From contig CAVWQR010000005.1 in the NCBI GenBank assembly GCA_963757175.1, forward strand, positions 45,205 through 109,204: DNA of 64,000 nt, in the 5' to 3' direction. How positions within the stretch are numbered: the first letter of the stretch is position 1; every line of letters starts with the position of its first letter. This document shows, one piece after another, positions 45,485 through 55,733 of this stretch. The translations under genes and the position numbers were made by a program. Under the pieces are notes generated by a model. That model did no database searches. It was not told the DNA's origin and was given only the letters and a program-made list of their open reading frames with translations. The stretch comes from an uncultured Actinomycetota bacterium. Lineage in GTDB: Bacteria > Actinomycetota > Acidimicrobiia > Acidimicrobiales > Palsa-688.

Positions 45485-48372
45485 ATGTCCGCAGGTTCGC
45501 CCTCCGACGCCGTGGCGCCGGGGCCCGACGCCGCCCCGCCGGAGCGCTACGACGGGCGTTTGGCCGCGGCGATCGAGCGCCGTTGGCAACGGCGCTGGCT
45601 CGAGGACGGAACATTTGTGGTCCCGCGGGTGACCGCGGGCGACAAGTTCTTCCTCCTGGACATGTTCCCGTACCCGTCGGGCGAGGGGCTGCACGTGGGC
45701 CACCCGCTCGGCTACATCGCCACCGACGTGTACGGGCGCTACCTGCGCATGCGGGGCCGGCGGGTCCTGCACACGCTGGGCTTCGACGCCTTCGGGCTGC
45801 CGGCGGAGCAGTACGCGGTGCAGACGGGCACCCACCCGCGGGCCACGACGGAGGCCAACATGGGCCGCTACCGGGCTCAGATCGACCGTCTGGGCCTGGC
45901 CCACGACCCGACGCGGTCGGTGGCGACCACCGACCCGGGGTTCTACCGGTGGACCCAGTGGATCTTCCTGCAGATCTACAACGCCTACTACGACGAGGAG
46001 GAGGGGAAAGCCAAGCCCATCGCCGAGCTGGTCTCGGCGTACGCATCGGGCCGCCGCGCCACTCCCGACGGCCGGGCGTGGCCCGAGCTGACCAGCGCCG
46101 AGCAGGCGGAGGCGTTGGATGCCCACCGGCTGGCCTACCGGGCCCGGGTCCCGGTCAACTGGTGTCCGGGCCTGGGTACGGTGCTGGCCAACGAGGAGGT
46201 CACCGCCGACGGACGTTCCGAACGGGGCAACTACCCGGTGTTCCGCCGCGAGCTGACCCAGTGGATGATGCGGATCACCGCCTACGCCGATCGCCTGCTC
46301 GCCGACCTCGACGTGCTCGATTGGCCGGTGTCGGTGAAGACGATGCAGCGCAACTGGATCGGCCGTTCGACCGGGGCCACCATCCGCTTCCCGGTGCTCG
46401 GCGCGGCCCCGGCCCGAGCGGCCGAGAGCGGGGTGACGGACATCGAGGTGTTCACCACCCGCCCCGACACCCTCTTCGGCGCCACCTACATGGTCCTGGC
46501 CCCGGAGCTGGATCTGGTGGATCGCCTCGTTGCCGACGCCTGGCCGGAGGTCGACGGGAGCCCCCCGCCGGCGAGCTGGACCGGGGGAGCGGCCACGCCG
46601 GTGGAGGCGGTGGCCCGCTACCGGCGGGCGGCGTCGGCCCTCCCCGAGCGCACCCGCCAGTCCGAGGCGCGGGACAAGACCGGCGTGTTCACGGGCGCCT
46701 TCGCCCGCAACCCGGCCACCGGCGAGGCCATGCCCGTGTTCGTGGCCGACTACGTGCTGGCCGGGTACGGGACCGGGGCCATCATGGCCGTGCCCGCCCA
46801 CGACCAGCGCGACTTCGAGTTTGCCGCATGCCTTCGGCCTGGCCGTCCGCCAGGTGGCGACGCCGGCCGGGCGACGCCGCCGTGGAGGACTGGGCGGACG
46901 CGTGGACGGCCGACGGCACGGTGGTCAACTCGACCAACGACGACGTCTCGCTCGACGGGCTCGCGGTCGAGGAGGCCAAGGTGAGGATCGTCGCCTGGTT
47001 GGAAGCCTCCGGCCACGGCAAGGGGAGCGTGACCTACAAGCTGCGGGACTGGCTCTTCAGCCGCCAGCGCTACTGGGGCGAGCCGTTTCCCATCGTCTAC
47101 GACGACGACGGGCGGGCGCACGCCCTGCCCGACGAGATGCTCCCCGTCGAGCTGCCCGACGTCGCCGACTACCGGCCCGCGGTCTACGACCCCGAGGACG
47201 TCGACACCGAGCCCGAGCCGCCGCTGGCCCGGGCGACCGACTGGGTGGAGACCACCCTCGACCTGGGCGACGGCCCCCGGCGCTACCACCGGGAAGCCAA
47301 CACCATGCCCCAGTGGGCGGGGTCGTGCTGGTACGAGCTGCGCTACCTGGACCCTGACAACGACCAGGAGCTGGTCGCTCCCGACCTGGAGCGGTTCTGG
47401 ATGGGACCGCAGGGCGACGGGGACCCGGGCGGCGTGGACCTGTATGTCGGTGGCGTGGAGCACGCCGTGCTCCACCTGCTCTACGCCCGCTTCTGGCACA
47501 AGGTGCTGTTCGACCTGGGTCACGTGTCCAGCTGGGAGCCGTTTCGCCGGCTGTTCAACCAGGGCTACATCCAGGCCTATGCCTACGTGGACGACCGGGG
47601 GTTCTACGTGCCGGCCGAGGAGGTCGTCGAGGACGGCGACGGCTGGTCCTACCGGGACGCCGCCGTGTCCCGCCGCTACGGGAAGATGGGCAAGTCGCTG
47701 CGCAACGCCGTCACCCCCGACGAGATGGCCGACCGCTACGGGGCCGACACGCTGCGGCTGTACGAGATGTCGATGGGGCCCCTCGACGTGTCCCGACCTT
47801 GGGAGACGCGCGCCGTGGTCGGCTCCCAACGCTTCTTGCAGCGGGTGTGGCGCAACCTCCTCGACGAGCAGACCGGGAAGGCCACCGTGGTCGACACCGG
47901 CCCCGCGCCCGACACCCTGCGGGTGCTGCACGCCACCATCGACGGCGTCGGGCGGGACATGGACGGCCTGCGGCTGAACACGGCGATCGCCAAGCTCATC
48001 GAGCTCAACAACCACCTGACCGGGCTGCCCGCCGTGCCCCGCGACGTGGCCGAGGCCCTGGTGTTGATGCTGGCGCCGTTCGCCCCCCACGTGGGCGAGG
48101 AGTTGTGGTCCCGTCTGGGCCACGACGAGACGCTGGCCTACCACGCCTTCCCGGTCGCCGACCCGGACTGGCTGCGCCACGAGACGGTCGCCTACCCGGT
48201 GCAGGTCGACGGCCGGGTGCGCGCCACCGTGGAAGTCGACGCCGGCGCCGGCGAGGACGCGGTGCGAGAAGCGGCCCTCCTTCATCCCAACGTTCGGGCT
48301 CACGTGGCGGACAAGACCATCGCCCGGGTGGTGGTGGTACCAGGGCGCATTGTCAACGTCGTCACCGGCTGA
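45485..48372 (+). pseudogene. leuS: leucine--tRNA ligase, two closely spaced frame breaks as assembled
   Basis: ATG 45485. '[22 protein letters not shown]' is the HIGH region, and '[15 protein letters not shown]' and '[12 protein letters not shown]' are in the first frame. About 14 codons follow in a second frame ('[14 protein letters not shown]'). The rest is in the frame of ORF 45583..48372, including 'KMGKSLRN' (KMSKS). The breaks are near 46828 and 46868. Confidence 0.95.
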
Positions 48373-48401
48373 ATGGTGCCCGGCCGGGTAGATCAGCGGT
48401 G

Positions 48402-49139
48402 ATGACGCACACGCCCGTGGTCGCCAGCCTGTTCGGCCAACCATCCGGCGAGGGCTGGAAGCAGGTCATCGAGCTGGTGGTCGCTTTCGTCCTCTGCTCG
48501 CTGATCGGGCTGGAGCGCGAGATCCGCCAGAAGAGCGCCGGCCTGCGCACCCACGCCCTGGTCGGCCTGGGGGCGGCGCTGTTCGTCCTGGTCAGCAAGT
48601 ACGGCTTCACCGACGTGCTGGCCCCGGGACGCGTGGTGCTCGACCCCTCCCGGGTGGCGGCCCAGATCGTGTCGGGCGTCGGTTTCATCGGCGCCGGCCT
48701 GATCTTCGTGCGCCGCGACGCGGTGCGCGGCCTGACCACCGCGGCCACGGTGTGGATCAGCGCGGCGATCGGGGCGGCCAGCGGCGCCGGCCTGCCGCTC
48801 CTGGCCCTGGCCGTCACCGTCGGCTTCTTCATCGTTGCCGTCGGCTTCCAGCCGCTCGTCCGGCGTCTGCCGCGGTCGCGCTTCGCAGTGTCCGCCATAC
48901 GGGTGCAATACCTCGACGGTCGGGGCCTGCTGCGCGCCATCCTCGGCGAGGTCACCGGGCAGGGGTTCCGGGTGGCCGAGCTGGACACCTCCACGGCCGA
49001 CTCGTCCGGCGACGTCGTCGAGGTCACGCTGCTGGTGCAGGGCACGGGTTCGGTCGACGCCCTCACCACCTCGCTGTCGGAGATCGACGGGGTGCGCTCC
49101 GCCGCCGGCGGCGACGCCAACATCATCAGCGAGTCGTGA
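48402..49139 (+). CDS. mgtC: MgtC/SapB family membrane protein
   Basis: Lies in the frame of ORF 47799..49139 from ATG 48402. '[28 protein letters not shown]', '[17 protein letters not shown]' and '[15 protein letters not shown]' are MgtC signatures, and there is an ACT-like C-terminus. Confidence 0.85.
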   Translation: MTHTPVVASLFGQPSGEGWKQVIELVVAFVLCSLIGLEREIRQKSAGLRTHALVGLGAALFVLVSKYGFTDVLAPGRVVLDPSRVAAQIVSGVGFIGAGLIFVRRDAVRGLTTAATVWISAAIGAASGAGLPLLALAVTVGFFIVAVGFQPLVRRLPRSRFAVSAIRVQYLDGRGLLRAILGEVTGQGFRVAELDTSTADSSGDVVEVTLLVQGTGSVDALTTSLSEIDGVRSAAGGDANIISES

Positions 49140-49148
49140 GCGCGGCCC

Positions 49149-50738
49149 CTAGGGCGCCGGGGGCGCCAGCGCCGGCGGCGCCGGCGGGGCGGTGACCGAG
49201 GTGGAGGGCGCGCCGGGCGGCGCCCCGGTCCCGAGGGCGGCGGCGAGCATCGACAGGTACAGGCTGAGGATGGAGTTGCCGTAGATCGGCGAGCTGGCCC
49301 ACACGCCGGTGAGCGACTGCCAGGTGCCGCAGCAGCCGCGCACGGACTGGCCTTCCGGAGCCACCTGGGCGACGGCCGGCGGGCTGGCCAGCTGGGCGGT
49401 GCTGAGCGACGGGTCGGCGTAGGCCCGGAGCAGCTGGATCTGGCCCCGCACGCCGAGCAGGGGGGAGGGGAACGGCAGCCCGCTGGGGCAGAGGTCGCAG
49501 TGGCCGATGCCGGCGTAGTTGTTGGCCGCGACGGCGTCGGGTGAGGCGAAGCCCCCCGTCTCGAGCACGGCCTGGGCGAAGGCGATGTCGCCGCGTACCC
49601 CCTCGGCCTGGCCTTCGCTCAGGTACCACTGGGCCAGCTGGAGGATCGGGGTCGACGTCGAGTCCGCGTAGCCCTGGGCGTTGAACCAGCTGACGAGCTC
49701 GGCCGCGGTGAGCGCCGCCGGGCCGAGGATGGAAGGCGACGCGTCTCCGGCCGGGCGCGGCCGGGCCAGCGGCGGACCGCTCAGGGCGGCCAGCGCGGCG
49801 GTGAGGCTGTTCTGATCGGTGGTCAGCTGCTGGCCCGCCGTGGCCGCCGTCTGGGTGTCGCGCGCCACGACGTCCCGCTGGGTCTGCAGCGATTGGGCCG
49901 CGCTCGATGCCTGCTGGTTGGCGTTGCTCAGGTCGGTGGTGTCGCGCGAGACCGCGGTGGTCAGCTGCTGCACCTGCTTGGCCGTCTGGGCCTGACGGGC
50001 GGCGTCGAGCTGGGCGGTGTGGTCGATCGCCCCCACGGCGTCGCCGAAGTAGACCTGACCGGCGTCGTTCTCCTGGGCCTGTTGGAGCTGGTCGGAGAGG
50101 CCCAGGCTGGGCGCCCCCGAGATCCCCGACCCGGCGCCGGCGGTCGGCAGGTTCTGGGTCGCCGGCGTCGGCGGCCCCTCGTAGATCTGCACGGCGATGG
50201 TTCGCAGCTGCTGCCGGTCGGCGTCGACCGCGGCGTTGGCGCGCTGGTTGGCGCTGACCGCCAGGCGCTGGGCCGCCTCGTCGGACTGCAGGGTCTGGGT
50301 GGAGTGGGTGACCGCCGCGGTGGAGTTGGTGGCCTGCTGCTGGTCGCCGGCGAGGGCCTGCTGGTCGCGTCCCAGGGTGGTCTGGGCCGAGCTCACGGCC
50401 CGCTGGTCGGCGTCGATGGCAGCCTGATGCTCCCGCTTGACCAGGTTCATCTGGTCGGTGGTGATGGCGGCCATGTCGACGGGCGGCGCCGCCGGTGCGG
50501 TGGAGGTCGACGACGTGGGCCCCGGCGCCGACCCCGACGTGGGCACCGACGGCGGCACCGATGGCGGGGTGGTGGCCGGGCCGGAGTTGCCGGTGGAGGT
50601 ACTGGGCCCGGGCGGGGCGGCCGTCGCGGTGGTTGCGGGGGCGACGAGGCTGGCCGCCGCCCATGACGCCAGACCGAGGACGGCGACGGCGGCGCGGGCG
50701 CGCGGGCAGCGCCGGACCCCCAGCTGGTACGCACCCAC
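49149..50738 (-). CDS. secreted coiled-coil protein with C-terminal glucosaminidase-like (peptidoglycan hydrolase) domain
   Basis: Lies in the frame of ORF 49149..51203 with a GTG at 50738. It has a signal-like 'RRCPRARAAVAVLGLASWAAASLVAPA', a Pro/Thr/Ser linker, a ~250-aa Gln/Ala-rich helical region, then 'IAFAQAVLETGGFASPDAVAANNYAGIG' and 'GVRGQIQLLRAYA', which resemble the N-acetylglucosaminidase domain. Confidence 0.7.
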   Translation of the reverse strand: MGAYQLGVRRCPRARAAVAVLGLASWAAASLVAPATTATAAPPGPSTSTGNSGPATTPPSVPPSVPTSGSAPGPTSSTSTAPAAPPVDMAAITTDQMNLVKREHQAAIDADQRAVSSAQTTLGRDQQALAGDQQQATNSTAAVTHSTQTLQSDEAAQRLAVSANQRANAAVDADRQQLRTIAVQIYEGPPTPATQNLPTAGAGSGISGAPSLGLSDQLQQAQENDAGQVYFGDAVGAIDHTAQLDAARQAQTAKQVQQLTTAVSRDTTDLSNANQQASSAAQSLQTQRDVVARDTQTAATAGQQLTTDQNSLTAALAALSGPPLARPRPAGDASPSILGPAALTAAELVSWFNAQGYADSTSTPILQLAQWYLSEGQAEGVRGDIAFAQAVLETGGFASPDAVAANNYAGIGHCDLCPSGLPFPSPLLGVRGQIQLLRAYADPSLSTAQLASPPAVAQVAPEGQSVRGCCGTWQSLTGVWASSPIYGNSILSLYLSMLAAALGTGAPPGAPSTSVTAPPAPPALAPPAP

Positions 50739-50813
50739 CCCCCAAGATTGCTCGATGGCGGCGGTGAGGTGGGGCCGCCTCGTGGCCCCGCGCCGGCCGA
50801 ATACGCTCTGGCC

Positions 50814-51276
50814 ATGGGGAACGACGCCGACCGGCCGCCCGACTGGGCGGCGGTGCGCCGCAACCGGGCGGGGGTGCGGCACGCCTGCGCCGACCTCGAA
50901 GGGGCGCTGGCCGAGGTCTCGCGCCAGAACCCCCGCCGGTGGGCCCAGGGCGTCGAAGCCGCGCTCGATGCTCTGCGCGTCGCCTTCGATCGCCATACTG
51001 CGGCCAACGAGGCCGAGGACGGGCTGCTGGCCGAGATGGTCGAGGTGAGCCCGCGCCTGGCCCATCAGGCCGACCTGCTGCGACGGGACCACCGCAGTCT
51101 CCGCGCCGAGATCGACGACCTGGCGGCGCGCACGCTTCGTCGCCGTCGATGCGGGGACGGTCGACGCCGTGCGGGCCCGGGCCCTCGACCTGCTGCGCCA
51201 CATCTCCGAGCACCGCCACCTCGGCGTGGAGATCGTCCACGAGGCCTACCTGGTCGACATCGAAGCCGCCGACTAA
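50814..51276 (+). pseudogene. hypothetical all-helical protein, frame broken as assembled
   Basis: ATG 50814 gives 'MGNDADRPPDWAAVRRN...LLRRDHRSLRAEIDDLAAR' (frame of ORF 50748..51608). It continues one frame over with 'RFVAVDAGTVDAVRARALDLLRHISEHRHLGVEIVHEAYLVDIEAAD*', stopping at 51274-51276. The break is near 51133. Confidence 0.45.
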
Positions 51277-51295
51277 CCCGCCTGGACCGGCGGCG

Positions 51296-51889
51296 CTACT
51301 CGAGGACCCGCCGAGTGGGTCGCTTGGGCCGGCTCGTCAGGCGCACCAGCGCGGTCGTCTCCGCCACCGGCCGGCCCACGGTGTGGCTGGTGCGGCCGAC
51401 CGCCTCGCTCACCGCCCCGGCGACGGTGGGCAGGGGATGGTCGCCGTCGACCTCGAGCAGGGCGTCGACATGGATGGCCGGATCCTGGTCGACCAGGCCG
51501 ACGGCGGCCCGCTCGACCCCTTCGATGCGGCCCAGGTCGACCTCCAGTGCCCGGCGCACGCCGCTGACCCGCACGATCGTCCGCCCGCGGCCGGTGCGGG
51601 CGCGGTAACGCAGATCGGCGAGGCGGGCGCGCCGGGGCCGGGGCCGGCGCAGCTGGAAGAGGGCCAGGACGGCGCCGATGAGCACGGCGGCGGCGGCCAC
51701 CCCGCCGGCGATGGCGAACGAGGTGTCGCCGCCCTGGTTCCAATGGCGCACCAGGGCGGGGCTGAGGATGGCGGTGTGTTGGCGGCGGCTGCCGAACGCG
51801 CCCTGGGACAGGGCCAGCCCGCCGGCGCCGACGACGACGAACACGACCGACACCACCGTCCAGCCGACGCGGTTGGCTCGTCCTCTCAT
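51296..51889 (-). CDS. alkaline shock response membrane anchor protein AmaP-like
   Basis: ORF 51296..51889. It has an N-terminal TM ('NRVGWTVVSVVFVVVGAGGLAL') and a second TM, and it is the last gene of the Asp23 cluster. Its ATG overlaps the upstream stop (ATGA). The family call is from context and memory. Confidence 0.6.
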   Translation of the reverse strand: MRGRANRVGWTVVSVVFVVVGAGGLALSQGAFGSRRQHTAILSPALVRHWNQGGDTSFAIAGGVAAAAVLIGAVLALFQLRRPRPRRARLADLRYRARTGRGRTIVRVSGVRRALEVDLGRIEGVERAAVGLVDQDPAIHVDALLEVDGDHPLPTVAGAVSEAVGRTSHTVGRPVAETTALVRLTSRPKRPTRRVLE

Positions 51890-52485
51890 GGCGTGGGTGC
51901 CGGGTCGGGTCGGCTACCGGCGGTGCGCTCGTCGAGGCGGGATTTCGACCGCTTCTGGGGGATGGGTCGCAGGCGGATGCGCACCTCGGACGGCTGGGGC
52001 GCGCCGACCCTCGCCAGCGCGGCGCGCGCCGTGCGCTCGACCTCGGCCCGGATGTCGGGCGGTCCCGTGCCCCTCAGGTCCAGCCGCCACGCCCCGTTCC
52101 GGTAGGCGAGGGTGGCGTGCATCGCCTGGCAGGGCGTGGCCGCGACCACCTCGTGGGCGAGTCTGGCCTGGAGGGCGCGTCGTTGCGCCATCCACAGCTG
52201 GTCGGCGGGAAGCCCGGTGAGGGACAGCTCGAGGGTGGGGCGCGACCGGCGCCACAGCTCGGCCACCAGCAGCACCACGCCGGCGGCGGTGATGGCCGCG
52301 AAGGTGATGACGACGGGCGTGGCCGACCAGTTGGTCGTGCGCAGGGTGTGGATCCACTCGTGGCCGGGGATCCACACGAAGCCGTCGTCCAGGCCGGTCG
52401 AGACGGCCTCGACGGCGCCGATGACGCCGACGCCGACCAGAGCCACGCCGGCCAGGAACGACAGCAGGCGGTTGAAATAGCGCAT
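51886..52485 (-). CDS. DUF6286-like membrane protein of the Asp23 locus
   Basis: Lies in the frame of ORF 51886..52767 from ATG 52485 ('MRYFNRLLSFLAGVALVGVGVIGAVEAV'). It has two TM segments, and its start shares one base with the upstream TGA. Confidence 0.55.
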   Translation of the reverse strand: MRYFNRLLSFLAGVALVGVGVIGAVEAVSTGLDDGFVWIPGHEWIHTLRTTNWSATPVVITFAAITAAGVVLLVAELWRRSRPTLELSLTGLPADQLWMAQRRALQARLAHEVVAATPCQAMHATLAYRNGAWRLDLRGTGPPDIRAEVERTARAALARVGAPQPSEVRIRLRPIPQKRSKSRLDERTAGSRPDPAPTP

Positions 52486-52849
52486 CAGGCGCCTTCGGCC
52501 GTTCCCGGCCCCGGGCCGGGCTCGTCCGGGGCCATCTTCGAGCACGATGTCTTCGATCCGCACGAACACACCGCGCTCGTCGCCCAGGGCGCGCAGGGCC
52601 TCGGTGACCTGGCGGCGCACGTCCTCGAGCAGGGGCGGCAGCGGCACGCGGTCGGCGACCACGTGCACGTCCACCCGGTCCTCGCCCAGGCGCACCCCGA
52701 CGATGGCGCCGCCGGGGGCCAGGGTGGACACCGGCGGGAGCGCCGGCCCCGGCGACAGATCGGCCACGCCGGCGACGGCCCTCGCCGCGGCGGCGACGCG
52801 TCTCGGCCACCCGGGCGCGCGAGGGGGCGGTGTCCGCCACGGGCGTCAC
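52485..52849 (-). pseudogene. second Asp23/Gls24-like protein, two frame breaks as assembled
   Basis: GTG 52849 overlaps the asp23 stop and gives 'VTPVADTAPSRARVAET'. It continues with 'VAAAARAVAGVADLSP...VGVRLGEDRVDVHVVAD...VRIEDIVLED' and then 'PDEPGPGPGTAEGA*', which stops at 52485-52487. The breaks are near 52798 and in the G-run 52528-52531. Confidence 0.55.
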
Positions 52850-53373
52850 TCCACGCGGCTGGGGCCGGTGTCGGCCTCGTCACCCTCCAGGTGCAGGTCG
52901 TCGACGGTGATGTTGACCTCGACCACCTCGAGCCCGGTCATGGCCTCGATGCGCTCGATGACGTTGGCCCGGACCGACTCGGTGACCTCGACCAGGTCCT
53001 GGCCGTACTCGGCGACGACGTCGATGTCCACCGCTGTCTGCCGCTCGCCGACCTCGACCGAGACGCCTTTGGTGGACGTCTCGGTGGACGAGCCGGGTAT
53101 CCGCGACCGGATGCCGGCGATGGCCCGGGCCAGGCCCCGGCCCAGGGTGTAGACGCCCGGGATCTCCCGGGTGGCCAGGCTGGCGATCTTGGCCACCACC
53201 AGGTCGGCGATCTGCGTGGTGCCCCGGTCGGTCTTCAGCCGGGCGTTGGCGCCCGACACCGGCGGGCTGGACGGGGCGCGCCGGTCGGGGAGGGGCGTCG
53301 GCGCCTCGGCATCGCCGGTCGTGGTGCCGGTCGTGGTGGGAGTGCTCGAAGCGGTAGCGGCGGTTTCGGGCAC
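52846..53373 (-). CDS. Asp23/Gls24 family envelope stress response protein
   Basis: ORF 52846..53373. 'GTTQIADLVVAKIASLATREIPGV', 'GVSVEVGERQTAVDIDVVAEYG' and 'VVEVNITVDDL' match the family. Confidence 0.85.
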   Translation of the reverse strand: MPETAATASSTPTTTGTTTGDAEAPTPLPDRRAPSSPPVSGANARLKTDRGTTQIADLVVAKIASLATREIPGVYTLGRGLARAIAGIRSRIPGSSTETSTKGVSVEVGERQTAVDIDVVAEYGQDLVEVTESVRANVIERIEAMTGLEVVEVNITVDDLHLEGDEADTGPSRVE

Positions 53374-53487
53374 GGGGACCTCCTGGGCTCGTGGCGCGTT
53401 CGGCGTGATCGCCGTTCGGCCCCGTCCTACCCGCCTGGGCCCGATGCGACGCCGAGGTCGCGGGCCACAGGTCCCGGTGACGGCCCG

Positions 53488-55626
53488 TCACCCCGTCGGT
53501 GCGGGGAGCGGGGTGTCCTCGGACAGGCCGATGCGGCGGTGGAAACGGCGCAGGGGCGCCGGCGACCACCAGTTGGCGTCTCCGGCGAGGCGCATGAACG
53601 CGGGCACGAGGACGCCGCGCACCAGGGTGGCGTCCACCAGGATGGCGAGCCCGGTGCCGATCCCGAACAGCTGGATGAAGCTCACCCGCGACAGGGCGAA
53701 GGCGAAGAACGACACGGCCAGGATGCCCGCCGCCGTGGTCATGATCCTTCCCGTGCGGGCCAACCCGCCGACCACCGCCTCCTCGTTGGAGGCGCCGGCG
53801 ACGTGGAGCTCCTTGATGCGCGACAGCAGGTAGACCTCGTAGTCCATGGACAGTCCGAAGGCGATGCAGAACAGCAGCACGGGCATGGCGGTGTTGGTCG
53901 GTGACGGGGTGAAGCCGAGCAGACCCGACAGGTGCCCCTCCTGGAAGATCCACACCATGGCGCCGAGCACCGCGGTCAGGTTGAGGGCGTTGAGGACCAG
54001 CGCCTTGATGGGCAGGACCACGCTGCCGGTGAACAGGAACAGCACCACGAAGGTGACGAGGACGACCAGGGCCACGGCGAGAGGGATGCGGCTGGCCAGG
54101 TCGTGCTTCTGGTCGACGAAGGAGGCGGCCTGGCCGCCCACGTAGGCCGTGGTCCCCGCAGGCGGCGGCAGGGCGCGCGCCTCGTGGACCAGGTTCGCCG
54201 CCGCCCCGCTGAGCGGGTCCGGGGCGATCACGGCCGAGAACCACGTGGCCTCGGGGCTCTGATGCTCGGTCAGGGACACGACTCCCGGCAGCCGGGCGAT
54301 GGACGCGCCGTAGCGGGCGGCGGCGGGCGGGCTGAGCGCCGACGAGGTGACCACGTCGAGCGTGTCGTTGGCGCCGCTGGCGAAGCCGGCGCGCACCGCG
54401 GTGTCCACCTGGCGGGCCGGGGTCGACGCCGGGACCACCCGGTCGTCCGGCGGGCCGAAGTGGACGCTCAGGAACGGCGTTCCCACCGCCAGCAGGAGGA
54501 TGAGCACGGGCACGCCGGCGGCGACCGGCCGGCGCATGACCGCCTGGCCCACCCGCCGCCAGAACGGCGACTCGACGTCGCGCGTCAACGCCCGCCGGCG
54601 GATGGGCGCGGCGTTCACCCGCTCGCCGAGGAGCGCCAGCACCGACGGCAGGACGATCACCGCAGCCAGGGTGCCGACCACGACCACGGCCACGCCGGCG
54701 TAGGCGAACGAGCGCAGGAAGTAGATGGGGAACACCAGCAGGGTGGCCAGGGCGGCGGCGACGGTCGCGGCGGAGAACACCACCGTGCGACCGGCCGTCT
54801 CCACCGTGCGCCGGACGGCGTCGGGCGGGGCCAGCCCGGCGCCGAGCTCCTCCCGGTAGCGGTTGACGATCAGCAGGGCGGAGTCGATCCCCAGACCCAG
54901 CCCCATGGCCGTGGTCATGTTGAGCGAGTAGGTGCTCACGTCGGTGAACTCCGACAGGCCGAACAGCACCGCCAGGGTGGCCAGGATGGCGCACACGCCG
55001 GTGATGAGCGGGAGCAGGGCGGCCACCACCGACCCGAACGACAACAGCAGCAGCACCATGGTGATGGGAACGGCGAGGCCCTCGGCCTTGGCCAGGTCCT
55101 TGCCGATCTGGGTGGAGATGGCGTTGTTGACCGCCGACGTACCGCCGGCGCCCACGGTGACCGGCCCCCCGGCGCCGGCGCCGACGGTGTGATGGCTGAC
55201 CAGCGCCTTGGTCCGGGTGGCCACCTGCTTGTCGGTGCCGGCCACGTCGACGATCACCAGGGCCTGGCGCCCGTCGTGGCTGCGCAGCTGGGGGGCGTGG
55301 GTGGCCCAGTAGGAGGTAACGGCGGCGACGCCGGGCTGGCCGGTCAGGCTGGCCGCCAGCTGGTCGCCGGCGGCGGCGACCGCAGGGGAGTCCACGCTGC
55401 CCTGGCGGGCGGTGACCAGGAACACCAGGTTGGGGGCGGCCTTGAAGTCGGCGTCCAGGCGGTTGGCCACCTGTTGGGAGGGCGACGACGGGCTGGTGAA
55501 GCCGGCGCCGAGCAGGCGGCCGGGGGCGCGGATGCCCACGGCGGCGCAGATGATGAGCAGCACCCCGGCGACGAGCAGGACCCGCTTGGGTCGGGCGGTG
55601 ACGAGGTGGCCGATGCGTGCGAACAC
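53488..55626 (-). CDS. MMPL family RND-type transporter
   Basis: ORF 53488..55626, 712 aa and intact. It has the twofold repeat of TM bundles ('LGLGIDSALLIVNRYREE' and 'FGLSMDYEVYLLSRIKE') typical of MMPL proteins. Confidence 0.9.
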   Translation of the reverse strand: MFARIGHLVTARPKRVLLVAGVLLIICAAVGIRAPGRLLGAGFTSPSSPSQQVANRLDADFKAAPNLVFLVTARQGSVDSPAVAAAGDQLAASLTGQPGVAAVTSYWATHAPQLRSHDGRQALVIVDVAGTDKQVATRTKALVSHHTVGAGAGGPVTVGAGGTSAVNNAISTQIGKDLAKAEGLAVPITMVLLLLSFGSVVAALLPLITGVCAILATLAVLFGLSEFTDVSTYSLNMTTAMGLGLGIDSALLIVNRYREELGAGLAPPDAVRRTVETAGRTVVFSAATVAAALATLLVFPIYFLRSFAYAGVAVVVVGTLAAVIVLPSVLALLGERVNAAPIRRRALTRDVESPFWRRVGQAVMRRPVAAGVPVLILLLAVGTPFLSVHFGPPDDRVVPASTPARQVDTAVRAGFASGANDTLDVVTSSALSPPAAARYGASIARLPGVVSLTEHQSPEATWFSAVIAPDPLSGAAANLVHEARALPPPAGTTAYVGGQAASFVDQKHDLASRIPLAVALVVLVTFVVLFLFTGSVVLPIKALVLNALNLTAVLGAMVWIFQEGHLSGLLGFTPSPTNTAMPVLLFCIAFGLSMDYEVYLLSRIKELHVAGASNEEAVVGGLARTGRIMTTAAGILAVSFFAFALSRVSFIQLFGIGTGLAILVDATLVRGVLVPAFMRLAGDANWWSPAPLRRFHRRIGLSEDTPLPAPTG

Positions 55627-55710
55627 GGGATCTCCTCGGGGCGCGGGCCGGGCCGTTGGTCGCCATCGTCGCGTGACGCCTGCTCACCGTCAAGACGGAT
55701 TCTCTCTAAA

Positions 55711-55724
55711 GTGACAAGTGTTAC
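55711..55724. promoter_or_regulatory. weak candidate operator, imperfect palindrome GTGACAAGTGTTAC
   Basis: Lies in the 107-nt divergent region between the MMPL and TetR genes, 10 nt upstream of ATG 55734, in a locally AT-richer stretch. Only 5 of 7 positions are symmetric. Confidence 0.2.
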
Positions 55725-55733
55725 GGTGGTGGC

